From assembly GCA_965198175.1 (NCBI GenBank), contig OZ240245.1, forward strand, positions 4,160,001 to 4,224,000: a DNA stretch of 64,000 bases, written 5' to 3'. The position numbers were made by a program, and so were the translations under genes. Origin of the DNA: Candidatus Poribacteria bacterium (GTDB lineage: Bacteria; Poribacteria; WGA-4E; PCPOR2b). A model generated the notes under the pieces. That model searched no databases and was not told where the DNA came from. It saw only the letters and a program-made list of their open reading frames with translations. This document shows positions 40,964-50,627 of this stretch, piece after piece. Numbering within the stretch: the first letter of the stretch is position 1; every line of letters starts with the position of its first letter.

Positions 40964-41944
40964 ATGAGTATGTCAGTTGAATTGTGCAAGACCATGTACA
41001 AAGATATGTGGCGCATTCGGCTTTTCGAGGAAGAAGCAAGCCGCCAGACGAACCTCGGTAACGTGATGGGTGCGCTTCACATGTACTGTGGAGAGGAAGC
41101 AGTCGCCGTCGGTGTGTGCGCCAATCTGCGGAAAGATGACTACGTCCTGGGCACACATCGCAGTCATGGCCACTGCCTGGCTAAGGGGGCAGATGCGCGC
41201 CTTATGATGGCTGAGCTTTTTGGCAAGGCTACGGGGACTTGCGCCGGGAAAGGTGGTTCGATGCACATTGCCGATTTCTCTCGCAACATGCTCGGCGCCA
41301 ACGGTATCGTCGGTGCCGGCATCGCACCAGCCACCGGCGCCGCGCTCGCCAGCAAGATGCGCGATACGGACCAGGTGTCAGTCTGCTTTTTCGGTGATGG
41401 CGCTGCTGCTCGCGGTACTTTCCACGAAGGCATCGGGCTGGGGTCTTTGTGGAAGCTTCCCGTCGTATACGTTTGCGAGAACAATCAGTACCAACAGTGG
41501 GTGCCGCGTATGAACGTGGCGGTTCTCGATTCAGTTTCCGACATGGCTGGAGCCTACGCGATTCCTGGCGTGTCGGTCAACGGACAGGACCCCGTTGAGG
41601 TTTACGAGGTTGCGAGTGAGGCAATCAACCGCGCTCGAAACGGTGGTGGGCCAACGTTAATCGAAGCACGGACCTACCGGTTCTACGGACACAGCTTAGG
41701 TGACGAACAGCAATACCGTTCCGCCGAGGAAATCGAGGGTTGGAAGACCGACCGTGATCCGATTAAGACCCTGCACTCATTCATGGTGGACCGCCAGTGG
41801 CTAACTGACCAAGAAGACGCGGAGATTCAGGACGAGGTCAAGGGCGAGATTGCCGGCGCCGTAAAATTCGCCGAGGATAGCCCGTTCCCGGAGCCTGAAA
41901 ACGTGACCACGGATGTCCTCGCCCCGGCGCAGGAGGTGGGATGA
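40964..41944 (+). CDS. TPP-dependent dehydrogenase E1 alpha (AcoA/PdhA-like)
   Basis: GEEAVA, THRSHGH, GKGGSMH, FGDGA...ENN, TYRFYGHS. AGGAG RBS before ATG 40964. Confidence 0.92.
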   Translation: MSMSVELCKTMYKDMWRIRLFEEEASRQTNLGNVMGALHMYCGEEAVAVGVCANLRKDDYVLGTHRSHGHCLAKGADARLMMAELFGKATGTCAGKGGSMHIADFSRNMLGANGIVGAGIAPATGAALASKMRDTDQVSVCFFGDGAAARGTFHEGIGLGSLWKLPVVYVCENNQYQQWVPRMNVAVLDSVSDMAGAYAIPGVSVNGQDPVEVYEVASEAINRARNGGGPTLIEARTYRFYGHSLGDEQQYRSAEEIEGWKTDRDPIKTLHSFMVDRQWLTDQEDAEIQDEVKGEIAGAVKFAEDSPFPEPENVTTDVLAPAQEVG

Positions 41945-42915
41945 TGAGAACAATCACCTTTGGTGAGGCGCTGAGAGAGGCACTGCACGAGGAAATGGAA
42001 CGTGACGAGACTGTGTTTGTCATGGGCGAAGATGTTATTACGCACGGCGGACCTTACAAGGTTACACAAGGTATTGCGGAACGTTTCCCGGGACGAATCT
42101 TCGAGACACCGATTGCAGAGGCGGGGATTGTCGGCGTGGGAGTAGGTGCAGCGATGGCTGGTATGAATCCCGTAGTTGAGATTATGTACTTGGATTTCAT
42201 TACTTGCGCCATGGACGAGGTGGTCAACCAGGCAGCCAAGATGCGCTACATGACCGGCGGTCAGGCTAGCGTACCTATGGTCATTCGCCTGCCCTGCGGC
42301 GCCGGTCGATTGCTAGCTGCGCAACACTCGCAGATTATGGAATCTTGGTTCATGCACGTCCCTGGCGTACAGGTTGTTGTGCCCTCGACACCGGGCGACG
42401 CCAAGGGGCTGCTTAAGACCGCAGTCCGCAGTCCTGACCCAGTGATGTTCTTCGAATACAAGCGCACGTACACATCTAGAGGTGAGGTGCCGGAGGAAGA
42501 ATACACCATCCCGTTTGGTCAGGCTGACATCAAGCGAGAAGGCGAGGATGCGACCATCGTTGCTATTGGCCCGATGGTACAGAAGTCACTCGAAGCAGCA
42601 GTTCTGTTGGAGGATGATGGCTACGATGTCGAGGTCGTCGATCCGAGAACGCTGTCACCACTTGACTCCGAGACGATTTGTGAGTCCGTTCGGCGAACCG
42701 GTCGAGCTATAGTCTGCGGTGAGGATTCCAGCTTTGCCGGCGCAGCTTCCGAGATAGCAGCGATGATCGGTGAAAACTGTTTTGGAGATCTGAAGGCGCC
42801 GGTGGTTCGCGTGGGCAGCCCTCACGTACCGATGCCATTTAGTCCCGAACTCGTCAAGCACGTTGTGCCTGAAGTTCCCAATATCACCGCAGCCGTTGAT
42901 CGGGTAATGTCGTAG
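41941..42915 (+). CDS. TPP-dependent dehydrogenase E1 beta (AcoB/PdhB-like)
   Basis: GEDV, TPIAEAG, NQAAK, AQHSQ, DPRTLSPLD. ATGA overlap with E1 alpha. Confidence 0.93.
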   Translation: MMRTITFGEALREALHEEMERDETVFVMGEDVITHGGPYKVTQGIAERFPGRIFETPIAEAGIVGVGVGAAMAGMNPVVEIMYLDFITCAMDEVVNQAAKMRYMTGGQASVPMVIRLPCGAGRLLAAQHSQIMESWFMHVPGVQVVVPSTPGDAKGLLKTAVRSPDPVMFFEYKRTYTSRGEVPEEEYTIPFGQADIKREGEDATIVAIGPMVQKSLEAAVLLEDDGYDVEVVDPRTLSPLDSETICESVRRTGRAIVCGEDSSFAGAASEIAAMIGENCFGDLKAPVVRVGSPHVPMPFSPELVKHVVPEVPNITAAVDRVMS

Positions 42916-42931
42916 GGGGAAGGGGAATTTT

Positions 42932-44287
42932 ATGGCGATACAGTTTCGTTTAGCAGCTCTCGGCCATACCATGGAAACAGGGCGTATCGTCGAGTGGCAT
43001 GCAACTGAGGGTAGCAAAATCGAGGAAGGTCAGCTACTCGTATCGATCGAGACCGACAAAGCTGTCGTCGATGTTGAATCCCCCGTCAGCGGTGTGATGC
43101 TGCGCCTCGTCGGTCAGGTCGAGGGTGAATACAACGTAGGCGATACCTTGGCTTGGATTGGTGAAGAGGGCGAGAAAGTGCCGGAAGTATCCGTGGAACA
43201 GCCCAAGGCGCCGGTCGCCGATCGCCAAGAAGGGTCTCGCGTAACCCCAGTAGCGCAGCGGCTCGCCGAACGGCACGGCATTGACGCCGAAACATTACAG
43301 GGCACCGGTCCGGGGGGGCGGGTGACCAAGGAAGATGTACAGCGCGCACGAGACGCCGGCGTTCCCAGTAAGGAAAAAGCAGCCGACGAGATTCCGCCGA
43401 AGGCATCAGTTGCCGAACGCCCTGCACGGTCGCAGGTTACTCCCGTAGCACAGCGGCTCGCTGAACGGCACGGCATTGACGCAGAAACATTACAAGGTAC
43501 TGGTCCGGGCGGACGAGTAACCAAAGAAGACGTACAGCGTGCAATAGATGCAGGAACGCCCACCAAGGAAAAAGCAGCTGACGAAACTCCGACCCATGGC
43601 GTCGATGTCATTCCGCTTACAGGCATCCGCCGTACCACTGCCGAGCGCTTGGGTACAATGTGGTCCAAGGCACCGCATGTCACCGAAGGGATCGAAGTGG
43701 ATTTCAGCGCAATACAAGCTGCACGAGCATCAAACTCGGATGCGTGGCGCGACACCCACGGCGTCGCCCCGACAATTAACGACTTTGTACTGAAAGCCAC
43801 CGTCGAAGCGTTGAAACTCCACCCCCGGCTTAACGCAGCACTGATTGACGGCGCAATACACCAATATCACGACATCAACTTGGGGGTCGCCATCGACATC
43901 GAAGCTGGGTTGGTCGTACCGGTGATTCGTAGCGCTGGCACCCTCGACGTAGTAAAGATCGCAAGCAAGGTCAGAGAACTCGCGGATCGCGCCAGAGCGG
44001 GAAAACTGTCGCCCGATGACTTTGCGGACGGCACGTTTACCGTCACTAATCTCGGTGGCTTGGGCGTGGATTGGTTCACGCCTGTCCTCAACCCACCGCA
44101 GTGCGCTATCCTAGGCGTCGGTCGGGTTCGTCGGGTTGCGGTGTTTGCGGGTGAGTCGATTGTAGCACAAGACCGAGCAACGCTGGTTCTCACCTTCGAC
44201 CACCGGGCAATAGACGGTGCCCCCTGTGCCCGCTTCCTCGGAGATTTACGAGGGCTAATCGAAGCCCCTGAGTCGCTGCTGCCCTAA
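42932..44287 (+). CDS. Dihydrolipoamide acyltransferase E2 with two E3-binding domains
   Basis: Lipoyl ETDKA; two copies of VTPVAQRLAERHGID...GTGPGGRVTKEDV; FDHRAIDG. Confidence 0.93.
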   Translation: MAIQFRLAALGHTMETGRIVEWHATEGSKIEEGQLLVSIETDKAVVDVESPVSGVMLRLVGQVEGEYNVGDTLAWIGEEGEKVPEVSVEQPKAPVADRQEGSRVTPVAQRLAERHGIDAETLQGTGPGGRVTKEDVQRARDAGVPSKEKAADEIPPKASVAERPARSQVTPVAQRLAERHGIDAETLQGTGPGGRVTKEDVQRAIDAGTPTKEKAADETPTHGVDVIPLTGIRRTTAERLGTMWSKAPHVTEGIEVDFSAIQAARASNSDAWRDTHGVAPTINDFVLKATVEALKLHPRLNAALIDGAIHQYHDINLGVAIDIEAGLVVPVIRSAGTLDVVKIASKVRELADRARAGKLSPDDFADGTFTVTNLGGLGVDWFTPVLNPPQCAILGVGRVRRVAVFAGESIVAQDRATLVLTFDHRAIDGAPCARFLGDLRGLIEAPESLLP

Positions 44288-44444
44288 CTTCCCACCAAGA
44301 AAATCCTGCCGACGACGCCCCTGAAAAAGATTAAACTTGCACCCCACAGGAAACGCCTTCGCACTATCAGAAACCTAGTTGTCTAAGAAGTCACTCGAAG
44401 CGCGCAGAGTGGACTGGTCGTCTTTGGAAAACCGACCAACAGCA

Positions 44445-44680
44445 GGGCAACGGCAAGCGTTGCCCCTACAAAAATTATCCAAATCCAAATGTAGGGCCAG
44501 GTCTTGTGCCTGCCCACAGTTAATTGTAGGTAAGGTTGAGCAATCAACCGACCGAATAGTTTTCGTAGGTTGGGTAGAGCGATCAAGCGAACGAATAGTG
44601 AGCGCGATAGTCTTCACCTCCACAACCGGTAAAAATAGATATTTAGCCCGTAAATTTGTTATGATGTAGCGAAACCCAAC
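44445..44680. repeat. Cluster of GTAG-type REP-like hairpins
   Basis: GGGCAACG-GCAAG-CGTTGCCC-CTAC (44445-44469), GTAGGGCCAGG..CCTGCCC (44491-44515), GTAGGTTGGG (44565) with CCCAAC partner ending 44680. Confidence 0.65.
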
Positions 44681-44699
44681 GCTTTTTCTGTCTATTCTT

Positions 44700-47600
44700 G
44701 TGAAAATGTCGAAATCCGAGAAGATAAAGATGAACCAACCCAAAGACGAAATCAAGAATGCCCTACAACGTTTTAGCGATAGGAATCTCGCCGAAAACGC
44801 CCGCAATCTCCTCAATACGCTCGGCTACCGTAGCCAAAGGACGCTATCCCTTGAACCGAACACCGCCGATGGATTTGTTGAGCATTTCGATCCGCATAAT
44901 ACGATAAACCGGGAGCGGGCGCAGATGAGTGAGTGGGAATCCATCGATTTCCTGTTTCAACTGACAGACGACGAAATCACCCTGAGCAACCAGACCACGC
45001 TTGGCTTCGAGGGCAGCGGGGTCGATCAGAACCGCTATGAATCCTACCTCTTCTTCGCTCTAAAACTACAGAATCGCGACTACACCCGCACCCAATTGTC
45101 GGACATCGCCCGGGAAATCAACAAACTGCTCATGATACCCGCCATGGTCATGTTCCAGCACCGCGATGCCCTCACCTTCGCTGTAATCGACCGCCGGTTG
45201 CACAAGCGCGACGAATCCAAAGATGTCCTCGAAAAAGTCACCCTCATCAAAGACATCAACGTCGCCGACCCCCACCGCGCCCACATCGACATCCTATTCG
45301 ACCTGTCGCTCAGTGAGCTGCACCGCCAGCATGGTTTCACGGATTTTCCGGGGCTTCATGAAGCTTGGAAAAAGACGCTCGACACCGAAGTGCTCAACAA
45401 GCAATTTTACCAAAGGTTGTTCAACTGGTTTGTATGGGCGGTCAATGAGTCAAGATTTCCCGAAAAAGAGAACCGAATATTGAAACCCGAACAGCATGTC
45501 ATCCGGTTCATCACGCGCTTGCTTTTCGTCTGGTTTATTAAGGAGAAGAGACTGGTTGCGGACGAACTATTCGACGAAACGGAAGTTGCCTGTTTGTTGA
45601 AGGACTACAACCGTAACACCGGCGATTCCTACTACCGTGCGGTGCTACAGAACCTGTTTTTCGCCACGCTGAACACCGAGATAGGGAAGCGTAAGTTTAG
45701 CACAGAGAAAAACGCTACGCATCGCAACTTTTCACGCTATCGTTACAAAAGCCAAATCAATAATCCCGATAAACTGCTGGGACTATTCGCCCAAACGCCG
45801 TTCATCAACGGAGGCTTGTTCGATTGTTTGGACAGCGAGGAGGCAACAGATGACGGCGGTTACCGCATCGACTGTTTTTCGGATAAACATTACAAGCGGT
45901 TGAGTATTCCCAACCGTCTCATTTTCGATGAGGAGGATGGTCTGTTTCCCTTGCTGAAACACTACAAGTTCACTGTTGAGGAAAACACGCCGATTGAGCA
46001 GGAGGTCGCGCTGGACCCCGAACTCCTCGGCAAGGTGTTTGAGAACCTGCTGGCAGCATACAATCCGGAAACCGGCGAGTCTGCCCGCAAACAGACCGGC
46101 TCCTACTACACCCCGCGCCCAATAGTGGACTATATGGTAGAAGAGGCATTGGTAGCAACGCTGGCTCAACGGGTAAACCCATCGGATGGCGATGTGAGTT
46201 TGTGGGAAGAGCGCTTGCGCTATCTGCTGGATTACGCGATGGCATTCGACGATGCGAGCGAATAGTTTGATGACGATGAGAAAGACGGACTTGTACGGGC
46301 GGTGTCGGAACTCAAGATACTCGACCCCGCGGTCGGATCCGGCGCCTTTCCGATGGGTGTGCTGCACAAACTAACCCTCGCGCTCCGGCGGCTTGACCCG
46401 GATAACAGACGGTGGGAACAGTTACAGAGGGAACGGGCAATACAGCGAGCGGAAGTCGCATTTGATACGAAAGACGACAGGACACGGCGCGAGGAACTCG
46501 TCGAAATCGACGAAACCTTCAAGCGGTATCGGGATTCGGATTTCGGACGGAAGTTGTACCTCATTCAGAACAGTATCTTCGGTGTGGATATTCAATCCAT
46601 TGCTTGCCAAATCGCCAAACTCCGCTTCTTCATCTCCCTTGCCATTGAGCAGGTGCCGCATAACGACGCGGAAAACTTCGGTATCAAGCCGTTGCCGAAT
46701 CTGGAGACACGCTTCGTCGCAGCGAACACGCTAATCGGTCTCAAAGGCGAACGAACCCTAACTAGTCCCAAAGCGAAGGCTTTAGAGCAGGCATTAGCTG
46801 ACAACCGCGAGCGGCATTTCCACGCAACGACACGTCCGAAAAAACTGGTGTGTAAGCGGGAGGACAAGAAGTTGCGGCGAGAATTAGCGACAGAATTAAA
46901 GCATGTCGGTATGCCTGACGATGATGCGGAAAGAATTTCCCATTGGGACCCCTACGACCAGAATGCGAGCGCGGCTTGGTTTGACCCAGAATGGATGTTC
47001 GGCATTGCGGACGGATTAGATGTGGTGATTGGGAATCCGCCTTACATTAGCCACGATAAAATCGCGGTACGGCTTAAAGCCATACTTAAGGATTATTATC
47101 AATCTTACCAGTCGTTTGCGGATGTGTATTGCTATTTCATTGAGAAGGCGATAATACTGCAAAAACAGAGAGGCGTGCTTAGCTTAATTACTTCAAACTC
47201 ATACTTGAGAGCAGAATATGGAGCACCAATTCGAAAGACACTGCGAGGTACAAACACGTTGCAAAGACTGTTAAGTATTGAGGATTCTCAGGTATTCGAG
47301 AGTGCAATCGTTAATGTGGCAATAATAATATCTCGCAGGTCAACGAATCCCGAGGACAACAATTGTGTTGTCGTTAACGCGCCATACTCTGGTGATAGCT
47401 TTGCCGACTTTATTCAACGGAACGGATTTAATTATCCTCAGGCGTATTTTAATGCAAAGTCTTGGAATCTTGTGGAACCTAGGAGTGTCGATCTGCAAAG
47501 GAAACTTGAGTCAGCAGGAAAAACCCTCAGTCAGCTAAAGACGAAAATCCGACTAGGTATCGCTACCGGCAGCAATGAAGCTTTCCTGATAGGTGAAGCG

Positions 47601-48284
47601 AAGAAAAAAGATCTTTGTGAGAAAAACCCTGCCAATGCCGAAATTATAAAGCCCATTTTGAGAGGGCGAGATATTTCTCGCTACAGTTACACGTTAGCAG
47701 GGCAATACATTTTACTAGCAAAAAATGGAATCAATGTTGAACGAGATTATCCTGAGATTTATGAACATTTAGATTCATTTGGGGATAGGTTCAAAAATCG
47801 CGGCGCACAAGGACAGCACTGGACAAATCTGAGAGCTTGTTCATTCTACGACGACTTCAAAAAAGAAAAGATTGTGTGGATTGAATTGACAGATTCGGGA
47901 CGATTCGCTCTCTGTGATGAGGAAGTCTATTTATTGAACTCAGCGTATTTTCTGCTGCCGCCGCCGGACGTGGAGTCAAAGTTTCTGCTAGGTATCCTAA
48001 ATTCAAGCACAATTCGGTTTTACTTGGGTCTCATTGCAGAAACAAGTGGGATGGGAACAAGCCGTTGGATTAACAATTATGTGAAAGACTTTCCAATACC
48101 GGTTGTTGCCCGTGACCAACAGACTAGCATAATCAAACTTGTCAATCAAATTATCGCCACCAAACGCACTGATCCGGACGCCGATGTATCCGAACTTGAA
48201 AATGAGATTGATCAGGTGGCATACTCACTGTATGATTTAACGCTTCAGGAGATTGCGATTGTAGAGGAAGCGGAAAATGTCTGA
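44700..48284 (+). pseudogene. Type IIG-like (Eco57I / TaqI-C type) adenine methyltransferase restriction-modification gene with one in-frame TAG at 46263-46265
   Basis: ORFs 44700..46265 and 46302..48284 share a frame. Motifs: PFINGGLF, LGKVFENLL, GSYYTP, ILDPAVGSGAF, GNPPY and a TaqI-C-like end. Confidence 0.88.
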
Positions 48285-48370
48285 ATCACGGATTAAACAG
48301 ATGAAGCGGATAACGCGGATTTTTTGAATCCGTGTAATCCCTGAATCCGTGATAATCTGCGATTCTGACA
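48278..48370. repeat. Inverted pair of (AATCC)n-GATTCAGACA repeats forming a ~93-bp imperfect hairpin
   Basis: TGTCTGAATCACGGATT...CGCGGATT / AATCCGTGTAATCCCTGAATCCGTGATAATCTGCGATTCTGACA. Contains the stop codon of the RM gene. Confidence 0.85.
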
Positions 48371-48493
48371 GTGAGAGGATTGGGATTGTGGAAGATCAAA
48401 TGAATAATTCTATAAACTTCAAAGACTTTTATGTAGATATGTTACAATTTAAAACTTAACCTACTTAAATATCGCGCTCGAAAAAGCAAAGAT

Positions 48494-50467
48494 GTGATGG
48501 TAAATACAATCCCGAAGGCATTTTTTGCGTATCCATCAAGGGCACCGACCCTAAAGGAAGCTATTGATGTAGCTGTTCCTGAACTAAATAAAAAGGGGCA
48601 AGTCAAAATTAAGACTTGGGAACAATGTAATATCGGTGGAAAGTTTGTTATTGAGACTATTTGTGATGCGATTGATGAAGCCCAACTTTTCTTTGCTGAC
48701 TTAACAGGGTTGAATGCCAATGTGATGTTTGAGCTCGGCTATGCTATAGTCCGTGGCAAACGAATATGGCTGATACTTGATGATACATATACAGAAGCAA
48801 AGAACATGTTTGAGCAGGTGAAAATTTTAACAACGGTTGGGTACGTTTCGTGCTGCAATTCGCAAAACATTGTTTCGGGATTCAATAAGGACAAACCTTT
48901 TGCAGACATAGAGAGCAAAATTTTTCGTGCACCAATAGAACCTAATCTGAAACCGTATAGCATTTTGTACCTGAAGAGTCAGCATGAAAATCAAGCAGCT
49001 CTCTGCATATCTAATTTACTTCAGGAAAGATTTCCGGAAAAAATTATTGTTGATGCCCCTAATAAACCTGCTGTTCAGTCATTAGCAGACTATGGCGATC
49101 TTGTCTGTGGCTGTAATGGCTTGATTAGCCACTTTACAAGTCCTGCAAGAGAAGGTGCATACCTTCACACTGCTCAACACGCATTGATTTGTGGTATGGC
49201 TCATGGCTTTAACAAACCCTTACTTATGCTTGCTGAAGGTCAATTTCCGTCTCCCATCGATTATCGCGATTTCCTTAAACATTATGATAATGCATCTCAA
49301 TCACTTGGATATTTGAAGGAATGGCTACCCCGTGTCGAGCAGGATTTGAAAGTTAACCAAGAAGAAACTGCAGCTCCACGAAAGATATTCATTACCTATG
49401 CACATCAGGATACAGAATCACAGCAAAAGTTGAAAACGCATCTTGCTGTCATGGAAAGGGAAGGAAAGATCAAGGTTTGGGACGATAGCGAAATTCTTTC
49501 GGGCGCCGAATGGTTTAAAGACGTTTCCAATAACCTTGCCAATTCAGATATTCTACTCTACCTTGTTTCCCCTCAAAGTCTTGCTTCTGACAATTGCAAC
49601 AAGGAACTAGCCGTAGCATTACATGTAGAGGCAAGAATCATCCCTATCATCCTCGAGGATTGTGATTGGTTGAATCATCAACTCAGTAACCTTCAGGTCC
49701 TGCCCGACACAGGCAAGCCTATTAATAAATGGCAACTTGAGAGCAATGGTTGGCAAAATGTTATAGACCGTATCCGCCAGGTCGTTGACAATATGCAACT
49801 TCAGATGGATTTGCCGTCTAGGACAACTGAAAAAGAGCAGCCTGTTGAATATGCTGAGGACTATTTCAATCGCGGTAATACTTACCATAACAAGGGCAAT
49901 TTTGACCGAGCTATTAATGAATATACGAAAGCAATAGAACTGAAACTTGATTATACGGAAGCCTATTACAATCGCGGGAATGCTTACCACAGAAAAGGCA
50001 ATTTTGACCGAGCTATTGATGAATATACAAAAGCAATAGAACTGAAACTCGACTATGCTAATGCCTATAATAATCGTGGTGTTGCTTACTACAATAAAGG
50101 TGATTATGAGAAAGCAATTGTAGACTTTAACAGAGCGATAGATCTGAGACCAGATGATGCCAAATCCTATTTTGGTCGTGGCGATGCTTACGCTGATAGA
50201 GGCGAGTTTGCCAAGGCTGTCGATGACTATAACACAGCGCTAGGACTGAACTCTAGCTTTGCCCTAGTCTACTATAAGCGTGCTGTGGTGTGGTTGCGTC
50301 TAATGCACTGGACCGAAGCGAGAGCAGACCTAATGATCGCTAGAAATATGGGGGGAGATATCATTACACTATTTCGTCACGACTACGTAAGCGTCCAGGA
50401 CTTTGAGCAGAGGAATGGAGTTCAACTTCTGGCAGACATCGCCGCAATGCTAACCCCCCAGCAATAA
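48494..50467 (+). CDS. Nucleoside-deoxyribosyltransferase-like + TIR + TPR protein
   Basis: FFADLTGLNANVMFELGYA; IFITYAHQD...LASDNCNKEL...IIPIILEDCDW; about 4-5 TPRs (YYNRGNAY..KG.FDRAI.EYTKAIEL). Confidence 0.85.
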   Translation: MMVNTIPKAFFAYPSRAPTLKEAIDVAVPELNKKGQVKIKTWEQCNIGGKFVIETICDAIDEAQLFFADLTGLNANVMFELGYAIVRGKRIWLILDDTYTEAKNMFEQVKILTTVGYVSCCNSQNIVSGFNKDKPFADIESKIFRAPIEPNLKPYSILYLKSQHENQAALCISNLLQERFPEKIIVDAPNKPAVQSLADYGDLVCGCNGLISHFTSPAREGAYLHTAQHALICGMAHGFNKPLLMLAEGQFPSPIDYRDFLKHYDNASQSLGYLKEWLPRVEQDLKVNQEETAAPRKIFITYAHQDTESQQKLKTHLAVMEREGKIKVWDDSEILSGAEWFKDVSNNLANSDILLYLVSPQSLASDNCNKELAVALHVEARIIPIILEDCDWLNHQLSNLQVLPDTGKPINKWQLESNGWQNVIDRIRQVVDNMQLQMDLPSRTTEKEQPVEYAEDYFNRGNTYHNKGNFDRAINEYTKAIELKLDYTEAYYNRGNAYHRKGNFDRAIDEYTKAIELKLDYANAYNNRGVAYYNKGDYEKAIVDFNRAIDLRPDDAKSYFGRGDAYADRGEFAKAVDDYNTALGLNSSFALVYYKRAVVWLRLMHWTEARADLMIARNMGGDIITLFRHDYVSVQDFEQRNGVQLLADIAAMLTPQQ

Positions 50468-50488
50468 GCATCACCGGCAATGTTTTTT

Positions 50489-50532
50489 AATCCGTGTAAT
50501 CCCTGAATCCGCAATAATCTGCGATTCAGACA
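50489..50532 (+). repeat. (AATCC)n-GATTCAGACA repeat
   Basis: 41/44 identical to 48327-48370. Confidence 0.9.
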
Positions 50533-50574
50533 GAAAAAAATCACTATAGTGGAGAAACCGACCCATCACCCCAA

Positions 50575-50616
50575 AATCCTGAGAATCCTAAAATCCAGTA
50601 AATCCTGATTCAGACA
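50575..50616 (+). repeat. (AATCC)n-GATTCAGACA repeat variant
   Basis: AATCCTGAGAATCCTAAAATCCAGTAAATCCTGATTCAGACA, directly before the GAGGA RBS of the next gene. Confidence 0.8.
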
Positions 50617-50627
50617 GAGGAAAGAGA

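Noticed and set aside
46263..46265. Pyrrolysine or genome-wide TAG recoding
   Set aside because: TAG terminates several complete genes here (e.g. 18968, 31436, 40307), no pyl genes are visible, and the site is not an evident catalytic position.
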